Shown piece after piece: positions 1 to 8,579 of a stretch of DNA of 64,000 bases. A program made the translations under genes and the position numbers. Position 1 is the first letter of the stretch, and the number at the start of each line of letters is the position of its first letter. Under the pieces are notes generated by a model. The model worked only from the letters and a program-made list of their open reading frames with translations. It ran no database searches and was not told the DNA's origin. The DNA comes from Candidatus Ozemobacteraceae bacterium (GTDB lineage Bacteria > Muiribacteriota > Ozemobacteria > Ozemobacterales > Ozemobacteraceae), in NCBI GenBank assembly GCA_965140445.1, contig OZ223236.1, positions 768,001 through 832,000 on the forward strand, written 5' to 3'.

Positions 1-920
1 ATATGTTCTTCAGGAAGATTTGTAGTTCCTGTTCCCACGTCTACTTCAGTTATAACGGCAACATAATCACCTTCCGGGATTTCTGGGGGTGGTTCACTCC
101 CTGGTTGCTCTGTCGAACCCGAATCATCCCCTCCGCTTGTGTCCTCGGGGTTGATAAGGTTGCTTCCTAGGCCGGAAACAGATTGACCATTCATAACATA
201 TTCTTTAATAAACCCATTTCTTTGAGGAAATTTGCTGCTTAATGATGACGAGCAATACATTGAAACCGCAAACGCCATATCAATCATTGCTTTATTCATT
301 CCAGGTCCAATTATTATATTTTCTTCAGCGCCTGGTCCATAAACCTTTGTGGAAAGATCTCCGGGAGTAAACATCTGAGAATATTTTTTGGCTATTTCCG
401 GATTCTTTTGTTGAAAAGCGTATGTCATACCTCTTACAAGGATTAGTTTAAATCTTGCAACTTTTTCATTGGCTTGCGGAAACCTGTTGTTTGCTTCCTT
501 GAAAGCTTTATTGTAAGCGGGAGTGGGAACCATTGAAGCATCACACATTTCTACAATGCCGTCTCTTCCCTGGTAGCCACAGTATTGGACTTCTATTGGT
601 ATATAGCTTGGGGCGAGTGAAATTGCTTTAGTTGCGCTCCTGAAATTTTCAGGTAAGGCATTTAAAACATCTTTTACTGCAGTAATCCAAATCTCTCCCC
701 AACTTTTTACATCTGGATCATCTATAATTTCAATTCCAAAAGACTCGAGTATTTCGTCTTTAATTAACTGAACTCTTTCTTTTTCTGTCGAAGAAGCTGT
801 AGCTTGTGCTTCTCCATACGACTGGTAGACAGTATCAAGATAACTTCCGCTCTGAGCGCTTACTTGAAAAGTTAAGCTGACCAGAGCCATAACGGCAAGA
901 ATTCTAATTGCATTTTTCAT
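1..920 (-). CDS. Secreted zincin-like paralog with degenerate active site (3' end runs off the window; absent from ORF track)
   Basis: Manual translation from ATG at 920: MKNAIRILAVMALVSLTFQVSAQSGSYLDTVY...NALPENFRSAT...FKLILVRGMTYAFQQKNPEIA...IDMAFAVSMY...GFIKEYVMNG, open to base 1. Colinear with the two adjacent HEMTH proteins. Confidence 0.85.
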   Translation of the reverse strand, partial: MKNAIRILAVMALVSLTFQVSAQSGSYLDTVYQSYGEAQATASSTEKERVQLIKDEILESFGIEIIDDPDVKSWGEIWITAVKDVLNALPENFRSATKAISLAPSYIPIEVQYCGYQGRDGIVEMCDASMVPTPAYNKAFKEANNRFPQANEKVARFKLILVRGMTYAFQQKNPEIAKKYSQMFTPGDLSTKVYGPGAEENIIIGPGMNKAMIDMAFAVSMYCSSSLSSKFPQRNGFIKEYVMNGQSVSGLGSNLINPEDTSGGDDSGSTEQPGSEPPPEIPEGDYVAVITEVDVGTGTTNLPEEH

Positions 921-943
921 TAACTAATTTCCCTCTATAGATA

Positions 944-2116
944 CTATCGGTTTATATAGTCTTTTCCTGCCATAATATTATCTTTTACGAAATTATATCT
1001 GTCCAGATCCATTCTTTCACCATTGTTTGAATAGAAAAATCCATTTTGAATAACACCGCCGGCCCAGAATGTTGCAACAGACTCAGCCATGTCTTCTTCT
1101 GGGAGAGACTCCCCATAAGTAGATGGGCACTCGCCTGTGATTTTTCCACCAGGCCAGAATTTGTTTCTCCAGGCATCATTTATGTCTGAATGAGTATTCT
1201 GGAAACAATGAGTCATTTCATGAACCATTGTTCGTTGAAATCTGAACTTCAATTCAACCAATATCTCTTCCTGACTTGGCTCATGTCCCAGTTTAAGCTT
1301 TAAGTTTGCCAGCATGATTTCAGTAGCAGTGACACTACCATTTAGCATGTGAATTTTTCGTTGCGGAACAATTACATATGCCAATGCATTTGCTGGAGAG
1401 CCTTCTGGTGGAATACCATCGCGGATAATTTCATCAGTACAACTGCGGAAATATGCCGGTAAAGAATCAAAAACTTCGTTACAGGCTATGAGCTGATTTT
1501 TAGTCCAGCTTGTATCGCCATTACCATTTACTGGAGAAACACTATAGTCTGAAACCAGCCTGTCTCTAAGCTGAGTTTCATTCATGTCTTCCAGATCAGT
1601 AGGTTCTTCAACTGGTGGCGTTTGGGTTGCAACCGGAGGATCTTCAGGGTCTTCAATCGGAGGAGTTTGAGTCGCTACAGGGGGATCCTCAGGCTCTTCG
1701 ACTGGAGGTGTTTGGGTTGCGACCGGAGGGTCTTCAGGTTCTTCGATTGGAGGAGTTTGAGTAGCAACTGGAGGTTCAGATGGCGGCTCAGGAAATTTTA
1801 ACGGAATAACCGTTAACTTTATTTTTACTCCGCCCAATCGCCCCATAATAACGCGAATCAGGTTGTTAACAATTCGTTCCAGCTTTTCTGCTGCTTTTTG
1901 TTGTTCTGAGATGATTAATTCTTCTGCGGGTTCTTCTAATTCCTCGGTGTCACCTGAGGAAGTTACATAGTTGGCATCACCTTCAATGGCGGAGGTTCCA
2001 TTTTGTTGAGCGCTATAAATTGTGTCCAGATAACTACCGTTTTCTGCCAATCCCATGGCCGGGAATGCCATCAATAAGCATAAGAACACGACTGTGAAAA
2101 AGTGATAGCGCTTCAT
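944..2116 (-). CDS. Secreted zinc metallopeptidase (zincin, HEXXH) with Pro-rich repeat linker
   Basis: AGGAGG precedes ATG at 2116 (MKRYHFF..., signal peptide). Motif VHEMTHCF plus downstream EDMAES. Confidence 0.8.
   Translation of the reverse strand: MKRYHFFTVVFLCLLMAFPAMGLAENGSYLDTIYSAQQNGTSAIEGDANYVTSSGDTEELEEPAEELIISEQQKAAEKLERIVNNLIRVIMGRLGGVKIKLTVIPLKFPEPPSEPPVATQTPPIEEPEDPPVATQTPPVEEPEDPPVATQTPPIEDPEDPPVATQTPPVEEPTDLEDMNETQLRDRLVSDYSVSPVNGNGDTSWTKNQLIACNEVFDSLPAYFRSCTDEIIRDGIPPEGSPANALAYVIVPQRKIHMLNGSVTATEIMLANLKLKLGHEPSQEEILVELKFRFQRTMVHEMTHCFQNTHSDINDAWRNKFWPGGKITGECPSTYGESLPEEDMAESVATFWAGGVIQNGFFYSNNGERMDLDRYNFVKDNIMAGKDYINR
1595..1774 (-). repeat. Four 45-bp coding tandem repeats encoding PPVATQTPP(I/V)E(E/D)P(E/T)D
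   Basis: Four 15-aa units visible in the translation and in the DNA at 45-bp spacing. Confidence 0.95.
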
Positions 2117-2281
2117 AAATCCTCCTGAACCCGTACATTCATATATCTTATTATACGAATAAAATAGCAAATATGTCTAAAAATCTAGATAATTAACAAA
2201 AAAAGAATTACTTTTTGTTACGGAAATAATTGTTTCCAAAAACAAACTGGTTTCTATTCCAAAATTTTGCGCTTCTAGAAC

Positions 2282-3424
2282 TTACTTAATAAGATATTCT
2301 TTTCCATTCATGACATAATTTTTTATAAAATTATATCTTTTTATATCCATAACGTTTCCGTTTCTAGCTTTGAAATATCCACCTTCAATTTTTCCACCAA
2401 CCCAATAGGTTGCAACAGATTCTGCCATATCTTCTACAGGCTGAGTTCTGCCATAGCTGGTTGGACAATTTCCTGTTAACCTCCCACCAGGCCAGAATGT
2501 GTTTTGCCAGGCGCGACTAATGTCAGGATGGGTATTTTGAAAACAATGGGTCATTTCATGCACGATGGTTCGCTGAAAATTATATTTTAAATTAGCCATC
2601 AATTCAGCATTAGTTGGTTTTCGTCCATATCTGCTTATCAAACTGTTATAAAGCCATTGACTCGCAGTAACACTGGCATCAAGCATATGGATTTTTCTCT
2701 GTGGAACAATTACATATCCTGAAGTTCCGGCTGGAGCAAATGAAGGAGGAGGGCCATCTCTATAAATTACGTCGGTGCAGCTACGAAAATATTCAGGCAG
2801 GGATGCAAAAGCTTCATCTGCTGCTATTAGCTGATTTTTGCTCCATGTTGCTCCTTGTCCATCTAAAGCGGAAAAACCATACTTTGCTTTTAATGATGCC
2901 TTTAGCTGAGCCTCCGACATATTTTGCGGATTAGAGCTGATTGTTGTTGGTGCTGGCTGAGAAGGGGGCGAAACAGTGGGTTTGGAAACTGGGGGGGTAG
3001 AGACTGGCGGTTTTTGAACTGTGGTTGGTTTTGGTTGTGTTGGTACGGGTTTTGGAGCGGGAGGCGTTTGAACAACTGTTGGTTTTTGAGTCGGTGGCCT
3101 CGGGCATTTAACCGGGATGATTATTATTTTTACTCTTACCCCACACATTCTTCCCATAATCATGCGGATGATATTATTTACAAGTTGTTGAAGCCTGTTC
3201 ATCGCTCTTTGCTGACCAGGAATAGCTGTGGGTTGAGGTATATCTACTATTTGAGGTGTTTCGGAATCAGAAATGTAGTTTACATCTTCCTCTAATGAAG
3301 AAGTTCCACCTTGTTCTGCGTTAAAAATAGAATCCAGATAACTACCTTTTTCTGCTTTGCCTATTGATGGAAAGGCTAACAGTACACATAAAATGATTGT
3401 GAAAAGCAGGTAGTTTCTATTCAT
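2282..3424 (-). CDS. Secreted zinc metallopeptidase (zincin, HEXXH), paralog of 944..2116
   Basis: Start MNRNYLL after GGGGGA; signal peptide, GSYLD motif, Pro/Thr linker, VHEMTHCF and EDMAES. Confidence 0.8.
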   Translation of the reverse strand: MNRNYLLFTIILCVLLAFPSIGKAEKGSYLDSIFNAEQGGTSSLEEDVNYISDSETPQIVDIPQPTAIPGQQRAMNRLQQLVNNIIRMIMGRMCGVRVKIIIIPVKCPRPPTQKPTVVQTPPAPKPVPTQPKPTTVQKPPVSTPPVSKPTVSPPSQPAPTTISSNPQNMSEAQLKASLKAKYGFSALDGQGATWSKNQLIAADEAFASLPEYFRSCTDVIYRDGPPPSFAPAGTSGYVIVPQRKIHMLDASVTASQWLYNSLISRYGRKPTNAELMANLKYNFQRTIVHEMTHCFQNTHPDISRAWQNTFWPGGRLTGNCPTSYGRTQPVEDMAESVATYWVGGKIEGGYFKARNGNVMDIKRYNFIKNYVMNGKEYLIK

Positions 3425-3493
3425 AATTCCCCCCAAAACTATTCGACTATATTTTAATAATACGGATTTTTTTACAAAATCGTTTCAAAAAAA

Positions 3494-4078
3494 TCATGGT
3501 TTATTGATTTGCTTATTAAGGCGGACCGGAAAAATTCTGGTTGATAAGCTAAACTCTCTTTTAGAATTCTTCTTTTGTGAGTCTCTCAATTTCATGGAGA
3601 AATTGAGGCTGAGTCGATAAGTTCCAGACGCTTTTCCGGTAAAATTTTCAAACTCCGGAACCCAGGAAATTGATGCGACATTGTCAGCTAAAACAACTTT
3701 TTCAGCATCCATTCCTACTTTTCTAAGAATAGAAATTTTTTCGTCAGATTTTCTCAAATTATAAGAAACGGGGAAGATTTCACCGCTTTTACTGTCATAG
3801 ATTTTAAAAGAGAGGGAGTTAGAATTTGCATCAATCTGTTTTGCTTTTTCCGGATTACTTGTATCCAATACCGCATTATTCAAATCATTTCTTAATCGGG
3901 AAATAAATAAAACAGCTTCCTGCATCAATACTGCTGTGCTTTCACTTTTTGAGTAACCAGAACGAAAATTAGTGAAAACGATCATTGCTGTGCCCATAAA
4001 GACTGCGACAATACCGCAGACTACAATGATTTCTACCAGAGTAAATCCAATTTTATTTTTTCTTTTAATCTGTTTCAT
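3494..4078 (-). CDS. Type IV pilin-like protein (PilW/GspJ-like)
   Basis: Basic leader then G|FTLVEIIVV, a class III signal peptide with E5. Confidence 0.85.
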   Translation of the reverse strand: MKQIKRKNKIGFTLVEIIVVCGIVAVFMGTAMIVFTNFRSGYSKSESTAVLMQEAVLFISRLRNDLNNAVLDTSNPEKAKQIDANSNSLSFKIYDSKSGEIFPVSYNLRKSDEKISILRKVGMDAEKVVLADNVASISWVPEFENFTGKASGTYRLSLNFSMKLRDSQKKNSKREFSLSTRIFPVRLNKQINKP

Positions 4079-4511
4079 TAGCTACCAGGGTTTGAATCTT
4101 TACTGTTCTAAGCTTTTTTGAAGCTTTGCTTTCCGGGAAACTTATTTTTACGCTAACTTTTTTAAATCTAACCAGCCCATCTTTTTCAATTGTCGAAATA
4201 TCAATCTCAGGAACTTGCTCAGGGGAATCGGAGACAAGAAAAGTAATGCCAGATCCTTCCTTTAAAGGATTGCCGGTTTTGATTTTGTCCGAATCAATTT
4301 TGCCTACTGGAATTTGCTTGAATGGTAGGGAAAGAATTTGCTCCATTATCTCCATTGCACTTGAATGAGCGCGAAACTCAGCTTCTGTAACCTGAACATT
4401 TCTATTGCCGGTGGAAAAGGTAAGGAAAACGGGGAGCATTATCATGGCAAGAATGCCCAATGCTAGTATAAGTTCTATTAAAGATACTCCGCGTTTAAAA
4501 GATTTAATCAT
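4065..4511 (-). CDS. Type IV pilin-like protein (PilV/GspI-like)
   Basis: Start MIKSFKRG|VSLIELILALG at ATG 4511, overlapping the upstream stop. Confidence 0.85.
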   Translation of the reverse strand: MIKSFKRGVSLIELILALGILAMIMLPVFLTFSTGNRNVQVTEAEFRAHSSAMEIMEQILSLPFKQIPVGKIDSDKIKTGNPLKEGSGITFLVSDSPEQVPEIDISTIEKDGLVRFKKVSVKISFPESKASKKLRTVKIQTLVANETD

Positions 4512-6618
4512 TCCAGTATGAGTCCTCTGGTGAAACGTAAGATTTATAAAAATTCCCGTATTTTTCACCGGTTGGGTCCTGATCTTCTCTAAATGAAATT
4601 TTGCCGCCTTGAAATCTTTGATCAACATATATGGAAGACACCATTAGCGTTCCGAGAATATTTAATCTGGAGCTGTAAGTCAGTTCTGCATTAGGGGCAA
4701 TTAGATTTAGGTGGGCGGGCTGAGTAGATGAAAAGCGTGCCGATGAGGCTTGCTTTAATACAACAGTCAGGTTTTCATATTCTCTGGAAGAAACCACTCC
4801 CCGAACAGTGAGATTACCCTGATCCAGTATTATTGCTCCACCATTAGCAATTTTTAGGGGTGTTGGTTTTCCATTTGGAGGAATAATCAAATCTAGCTTT
4901 GCCGAGTTTTTAATACGAACGATGCAATTTAGATCCAATTCTCCTGATTTATTCAGGTGAGCATCCCAGAAGTCACTGATATTCTCGAACTCTTTTTGAG
5001 TTCTTGCGCTAATGACTGAAATGATGTGATCTCCTTCTATGGAGCCCTGGTAAACAACCTTTCCATTTCTCTCCAGTTTAATATTGCTGCCATTGTCTAA
5101 ATCAAGCAATCTAATCGAAGAAGGGAACTGTCTGTTATTTTTTTTATCAATGACATCCTGTATCGTATTGTATGAGTAAACATAGGGCATTTCTGTGATT
5201 CTACTCATGAGAGCGCTATATTCAGAATAATTTGAAAACGCCATTCCTGTTTTAAGAATGGGGCCTCCAAATTTTCTTCCCATTACGTCATTTATCTGCA
5301 TGTCATCATTAAATTTGCTGGGAGCTACAGATGGAAGCAGATACAGAGGAGGGGGGGAGAGTTTTTTAAACGATTCCAGAACATCTGGGTCCTGCGGCTT
5401 TATGTCTAAAGAAGCATATCTGGGAAAGGCGGATGTGACAGGGCCAAACACCTTTGTCCGCGATTGATAGCCTCTTTTTGCCTCGCCAAAAAGATGAAGA
5501 ATAGATGATTTGGAAGTGTAATCAAGTTTCTCGCCGTTTGAAAGGATTTGTCCCTCATACATTGCGTCTGATTCTTTGCGATTGCTTCTATCATGAAACC
5601 CGTCTAACACTAAGCTGTGAGCAAAATTGTAAGTCACTTTTCTTACTACAGAAGAGCTGAGATCCCAGAATATTTCTCTTGGTTGAGCTAAAAATTCGGG
5701 CAGGTAATTGTTTGGTGTTTGAAATTTAACCGGTCTAAAAATATTTGGGTTGCTGACGTCATAAAAATGGAATATTTCCCCAAGATCACCAGCACCAGAG
5801 CAGAGGTTTAGTCGTGTTTTTTTGTCTCCCAGCCATATCCAGCCTCTTTTTTTCCAGATTTCCGGATTCTTTTCGTCCTTTAAAATATCGCTGGGAACTC
5901 TTTTCGTAAAGGGAGTTTCAGGAGTGCTATGGTTAAAACAGATTAGAGGCTTTGGTCCATCTGTTACCATGCCTTTATAGTCATTTCTGATGATATTAAA
6001 GGCACCTTCACCATTTCGGGCTGCGTTTTTCACGTGAAGAGTAAATTTGCTAACTACTGGCGGGATAGTGCTTGCTACTTTTACTTTTCTTTTGACAACA
6101 ACCTTTCTTTGAGAGTCTTTATAGTAACCGGTGGATTCAATTGATAACCATCCTTCGCGGGCAACTTCGTCAAACCATGATTTTGGAGACGTTTCCATTT
6201 GCTTGAAATTTCTTAGCCAAACTTCAACTTTAATTGAAGCAGATTTATCTATCTCTTTTGTAAACTGCTCAAGATCTTTATTCCACTGGTCTCCCAGCAA
6301 AGGATTTAAATAAGTATCTTCCAGCTCGCCAGGGGCAGTAAGAATTTTGTTTATCTCATTTGAGCCTGGAGCGTTTAATTTGTTTCCAATGGCTTCTCTA
6401 ACTACTCTCAGGCTACTATTTATTCCCGCTTCAGCTAAAAAATGGGAAATTTCGCCATTTAAAATTGTTTGTATTCCGTGATGCTGCTGTCCAACAAAAG
6501 AATATAGACTGGCAGCTAATATCAGCATGATGGTACCAATTACCACAGCAAACATAATTGCAAAACCTGAATCCGCTCTATAGGGTCTTACGTTTGTAGT
6601 ATTGTGCTTAAAATGCAT
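4504..6618 (-). CDS. Large PilX/GspK-like pilin-domain protein (704 aa)
   Basis: G|FAIMFAVVIG with no E5 (typical of PilX/GspK), AEAGI motif, coupled to two pilin genes. Confidence 0.7.
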   Translation of the reverse strand: MHFKHNTTNVRPYRADSGFAIMFAVVIGTIMLILAASLYSFVGQQHHGIQTILNGEISHFLAEAGINSSLRVVREAIGNKLNAPGSNEINKILTAPGELEDTYLNPLLGDQWNKDLEQFTKEIDKSASIKVEVWLRNFKQMETSPKSWFDEVAREGWLSIESTGYYKDSQRKVVVKRKVKVASTIPPVVSKFTLHVKNAARNGEGAFNIIRNDYKGMVTDGPKPLICFNHSTPETPFTKRVPSDILKDEKNPEIWKKRGWIWLGDKKTRLNLCSGAGDLGEIFHFYDVSNPNIFRPVKFQTPNNYLPEFLAQPREIFWDLSSSVVRKVTYNFAHSLVLDGFHDRSNRKESDAMYEGQILSNGEKLDYTSKSSILHLFGEAKRGYQSRTKVFGPVTSAFPRYASLDIKPQDPDVLESFKKLSPPPLYLLPSVAPSKFNDDMQINDVMGRKFGGPILKTGMAFSNYSEYSALMSRITEMPYVYSYNTIQDVIDKKNNRQFPSSIRLLDLDNGSNIKLERNGKVVYQGSIEGDHIISVISARTQKEFENISDFWDAHLNKSGELDLNCIVRIKNSAKLDLIIPPNGKPTPLKIANGGAIILDQGNLTVRGVVSSREYENLTVVLKQASSARFSSTQPAHLNLIAPNAELTYSSRLNILGTLMVSSIYVDQRFQGGKISFREDQDPTGEKYGNFYKSYVSPEDSYWND

Positions 6619-6760
6619 TGAAATTAACCTGAAAAGGCTCCTTTTATAGAATAATCGCAGCCTTATGGCTTAAAGTCAATGCCTTTGCCAATTTGACTAA
6701 AAGTTTGATAGAGTGTTTAAAGATGAAAGAAAAATGCGCAAATTGCATTGGAGGAAGCTT

Positions 6761-7243
6761 ATGAAATTCTCTCTAGTCACGTTTTTGTTAGTTTTTGCAT
6801 TAGTGTCCGTTGGAGGTCTAGCAATGATTGAAACCCTGACTTTAGATCAAATGGTTCAAGGATCCAAGGTTATTGTTCTTGTAGAGGTTGAAGGAACAAA
6901 AGAAGTTGGCCTTACACCAGAGGGAGTGGGTATTGTAGCTAACCTTCTAAGTGTTAAAAACAGCTTTAAGGGAAGTGCAAAAGTTGGAGATAAGTTAAAA
7001 GTAAAAACTTATAGCAGAGTAGAAGATGCTCCTCAATTCAAAAAGGGAGAAACTTTTTTAGTCTTTTTAAATCCAAAAGAAAAGCATATGGAAGTTTTTA
7101 ACGGTGTTCAGGGTAGTTGGCCTGTGGATGCTGATGGAAATATCGGCGGAATGGGAAAGGGGAAAACTCTTGATCAGGTAAAAGAGGCGGCTTCAGTGCA
7201 AATACATCTTTCTCAACCCAAGGTTCCAAACATTACTTTTTAA
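6761..7243 (+). CDS. Exported hypothetical protein
   Basis: GGAGGA precedes ATG 6761 (MKFSLVTFLL..., signal peptide); followed by a terminator. Confidence 0.75.
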   Translation: MKFSLVTFLLVFALVSVGGLAMIETLTLDQMVQGSKVIVLVEVEGTKEVGLTPEGVGIVANLLSVKNSFKGSAKVGDKLKVKTYSRVEDAPQFKKGETFLVFLNPKEKHMEVFNGVQGSWPVDADGNIGGMGKGKTLDQVKEAASVQIHLSQPKVPNITF

Positions 7244-7244
7244 A

Positions 7245-7281
7245 AAAAATAGCCGCTTCAATTTCTGAAGCGGCTATTTTT
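7245..7281. terminator. Bidirectional intrinsic terminator
   Basis: aaaaatagccgcttca-atttc-tgaagcggctattttt hairpin between convergent genes. Confidence 0.9.
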
Positions 7282-7290
7282 ATGACTTTA

Positions 7291-8088
7291 CTAGCTTAGC
7301 AGATTTAAAACTGTTGATCTTGCATCATCTTGAAATTTGAATGCTTTAATGGCTGCCTGGGATTGAAGTTGCTCGCGGCTCATGTTTATTACTTCCATGG
7401 CAATGTCAGCATCACCGATTCTGGATTGGCTCGCAATGGTTGAAAGCAGTTGAGAATTCAAACCTTCTATTTCAGATGAAATTCCGTTTGAAACAGCTCC
7501 CAATGAACCTCTTTGCGATGAAACATTACTAATTGCCTGAGAAGCAATTCCGATTGCGCTTGAAGCACCTGCTTGAGTTGTAACATCTATCCTGGAAACT
7601 CCTAGAGCTTCAGATGACATTGATGGGATCGACAGATCATTACCGTTCTGCAGCTGGACATTTAAAGATCCGTCTAACAGGTTTTTGGTATTGTATTGAG
7701 TGTTATTGGAATTCTGATCAATCTGTTGTGAGAGTTGATCGATTTCAAACTGTATATTTTGACGATCAGAATCAGTAAGTGTGCCGTTTGAGGCTTGAAC
7801 AGATAATTCATTAATTCGCTGCAGCATTTCACCTGTGTTACCGAGAGAACCTTCAGCTGTTTGAATCATGGAGATTTCGTCTTGTCTGTTTGAAATCTGC
7901 TGCATCAATCCTCGGCTTAAAGATTCCATTGCGTTGAGAACTGCAAGGCCTGCAGGATCGTCACTGGCTTTGAGAATTTTTTTGCCACTGGCAATTTTAT
8001 TTAGAGTTTTGCTCTGAGACTCTTGAGTGTTGATTAATCTATTATGTAGGCCTTGGGAATTTGAAGTTTTTCCGACCATAAGGTTCAC
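7291..8088 (-). CDS. fliC: Flagellin-family protein, minimal (D0/D1 only)
   Basis: ASGKKILKASDDPAGL, ISMIQTAEGSL, LQRINELSVQASNGT, TQYNTKNLLDG, QRGSLGA, SRIGDADIA. Confidence 0.9.
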   Translation of the reverse strand: MNLMVGKTSNSQGLHNRLINTQESQSKTLNKIASGKKILKASDDPAGLAVLNAMESLSRGLMQQISNRQDEISMIQTAEGSLGNTGEMLQRINELSVQASNGTLTDSDRQNIQFEIDQLSQQIDQNSNNTQYNTKNLLDGSLNVQLQNGNDLSIPSMSSEALGVSRIDVTTQAGASSAIGIASQAISNVSSQRGSLGAVSNGISSEIEGLNSQLLSTIASQSRIGDADIAMEVINMSREQLQSQAAIKAFKFQDDARSTVLNLLS

Positions 8089-8188
8089 CTGCCTATTACT
8101 ATCTCTAATTTAAATATAATGTACAATACCGTTTTCGTCTAATGGATAATTTAAAAGCGAGCGGCACTAAAGAACTTGGAATGGATTA

Positions 8189-8539
8189 TTAGTCCTTAAA
8201 TTCTTCTATTGCATCTTCTTCTGATGGGAAAGCTTCGCCCATCTGAAGCAATCCAACCATTTTGAAAACACCGCTGGTAAGTTCGCTAAGTCCAACAAAA
8301 GCAAGATCACCACTTTTTTCATCAACAATAATTTCGCTAAGTTCAATTATTTGAGCAATACCTTGAGAGTTGATAACGGGTGATTGTGCAAAATTCAGAA
8401 TAAATTTCTGATATCCTGATGGTAGAGCGTCTTGAACCGCTTCAAAAACAGAAGCGCCGCCTTTTTCGTCCAGGTAGCCGTTTGAACGTATTATATATAT
8501 GCCATCTACTGTGGCTGTCTGTATGCTGAAGTTACTCAT
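8189..8539 (-). CDS. STAS-domain anti-anti-sigma factor
   Basis: 116 aa; GYLD, ILNF...INSQGI (phosphoacceptor Ser position), VFKMVGL. Confidence 0.85.
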   Translation of the reverse strand: MSNFSIQTATVDGIYIIRSNGYLDEKGGASVFEAVQDALPSGYQKFILNFAQSPVINSQGIAQIIELSEIIVDEKSGDLAFVGLSELTSGVFKMVGLLQMGEAFPSEEDAIEEFKD

Positions 8540-8545
8540 GGAGCG

Positions 8546-8575
8546 ATATTACCCTTTTCAGACTATACTTGTCAA
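8546..8575 (-). promoter_or_regulatory. Sigma70-type promoter, probably leaderless transcript
   Basis: TTGACA-N18-TAATAT, 6 nt before the ATG; no SD. Confidence 0.6.
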
Positions 8576-8579
8576 CAAA

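Noticed and set aside
1595..1774. Possible CRISPR-like array
   Set aside because: In-frame coding repeats without unique spacers; no cas genes.
4512..4628. Extended N-termini given by the ORF track (also 2117-2170, 12027-12110, 43983-44069)
   Set aside because: SD motifs, signal peptides or overlaps support the downstream ATGs used here.
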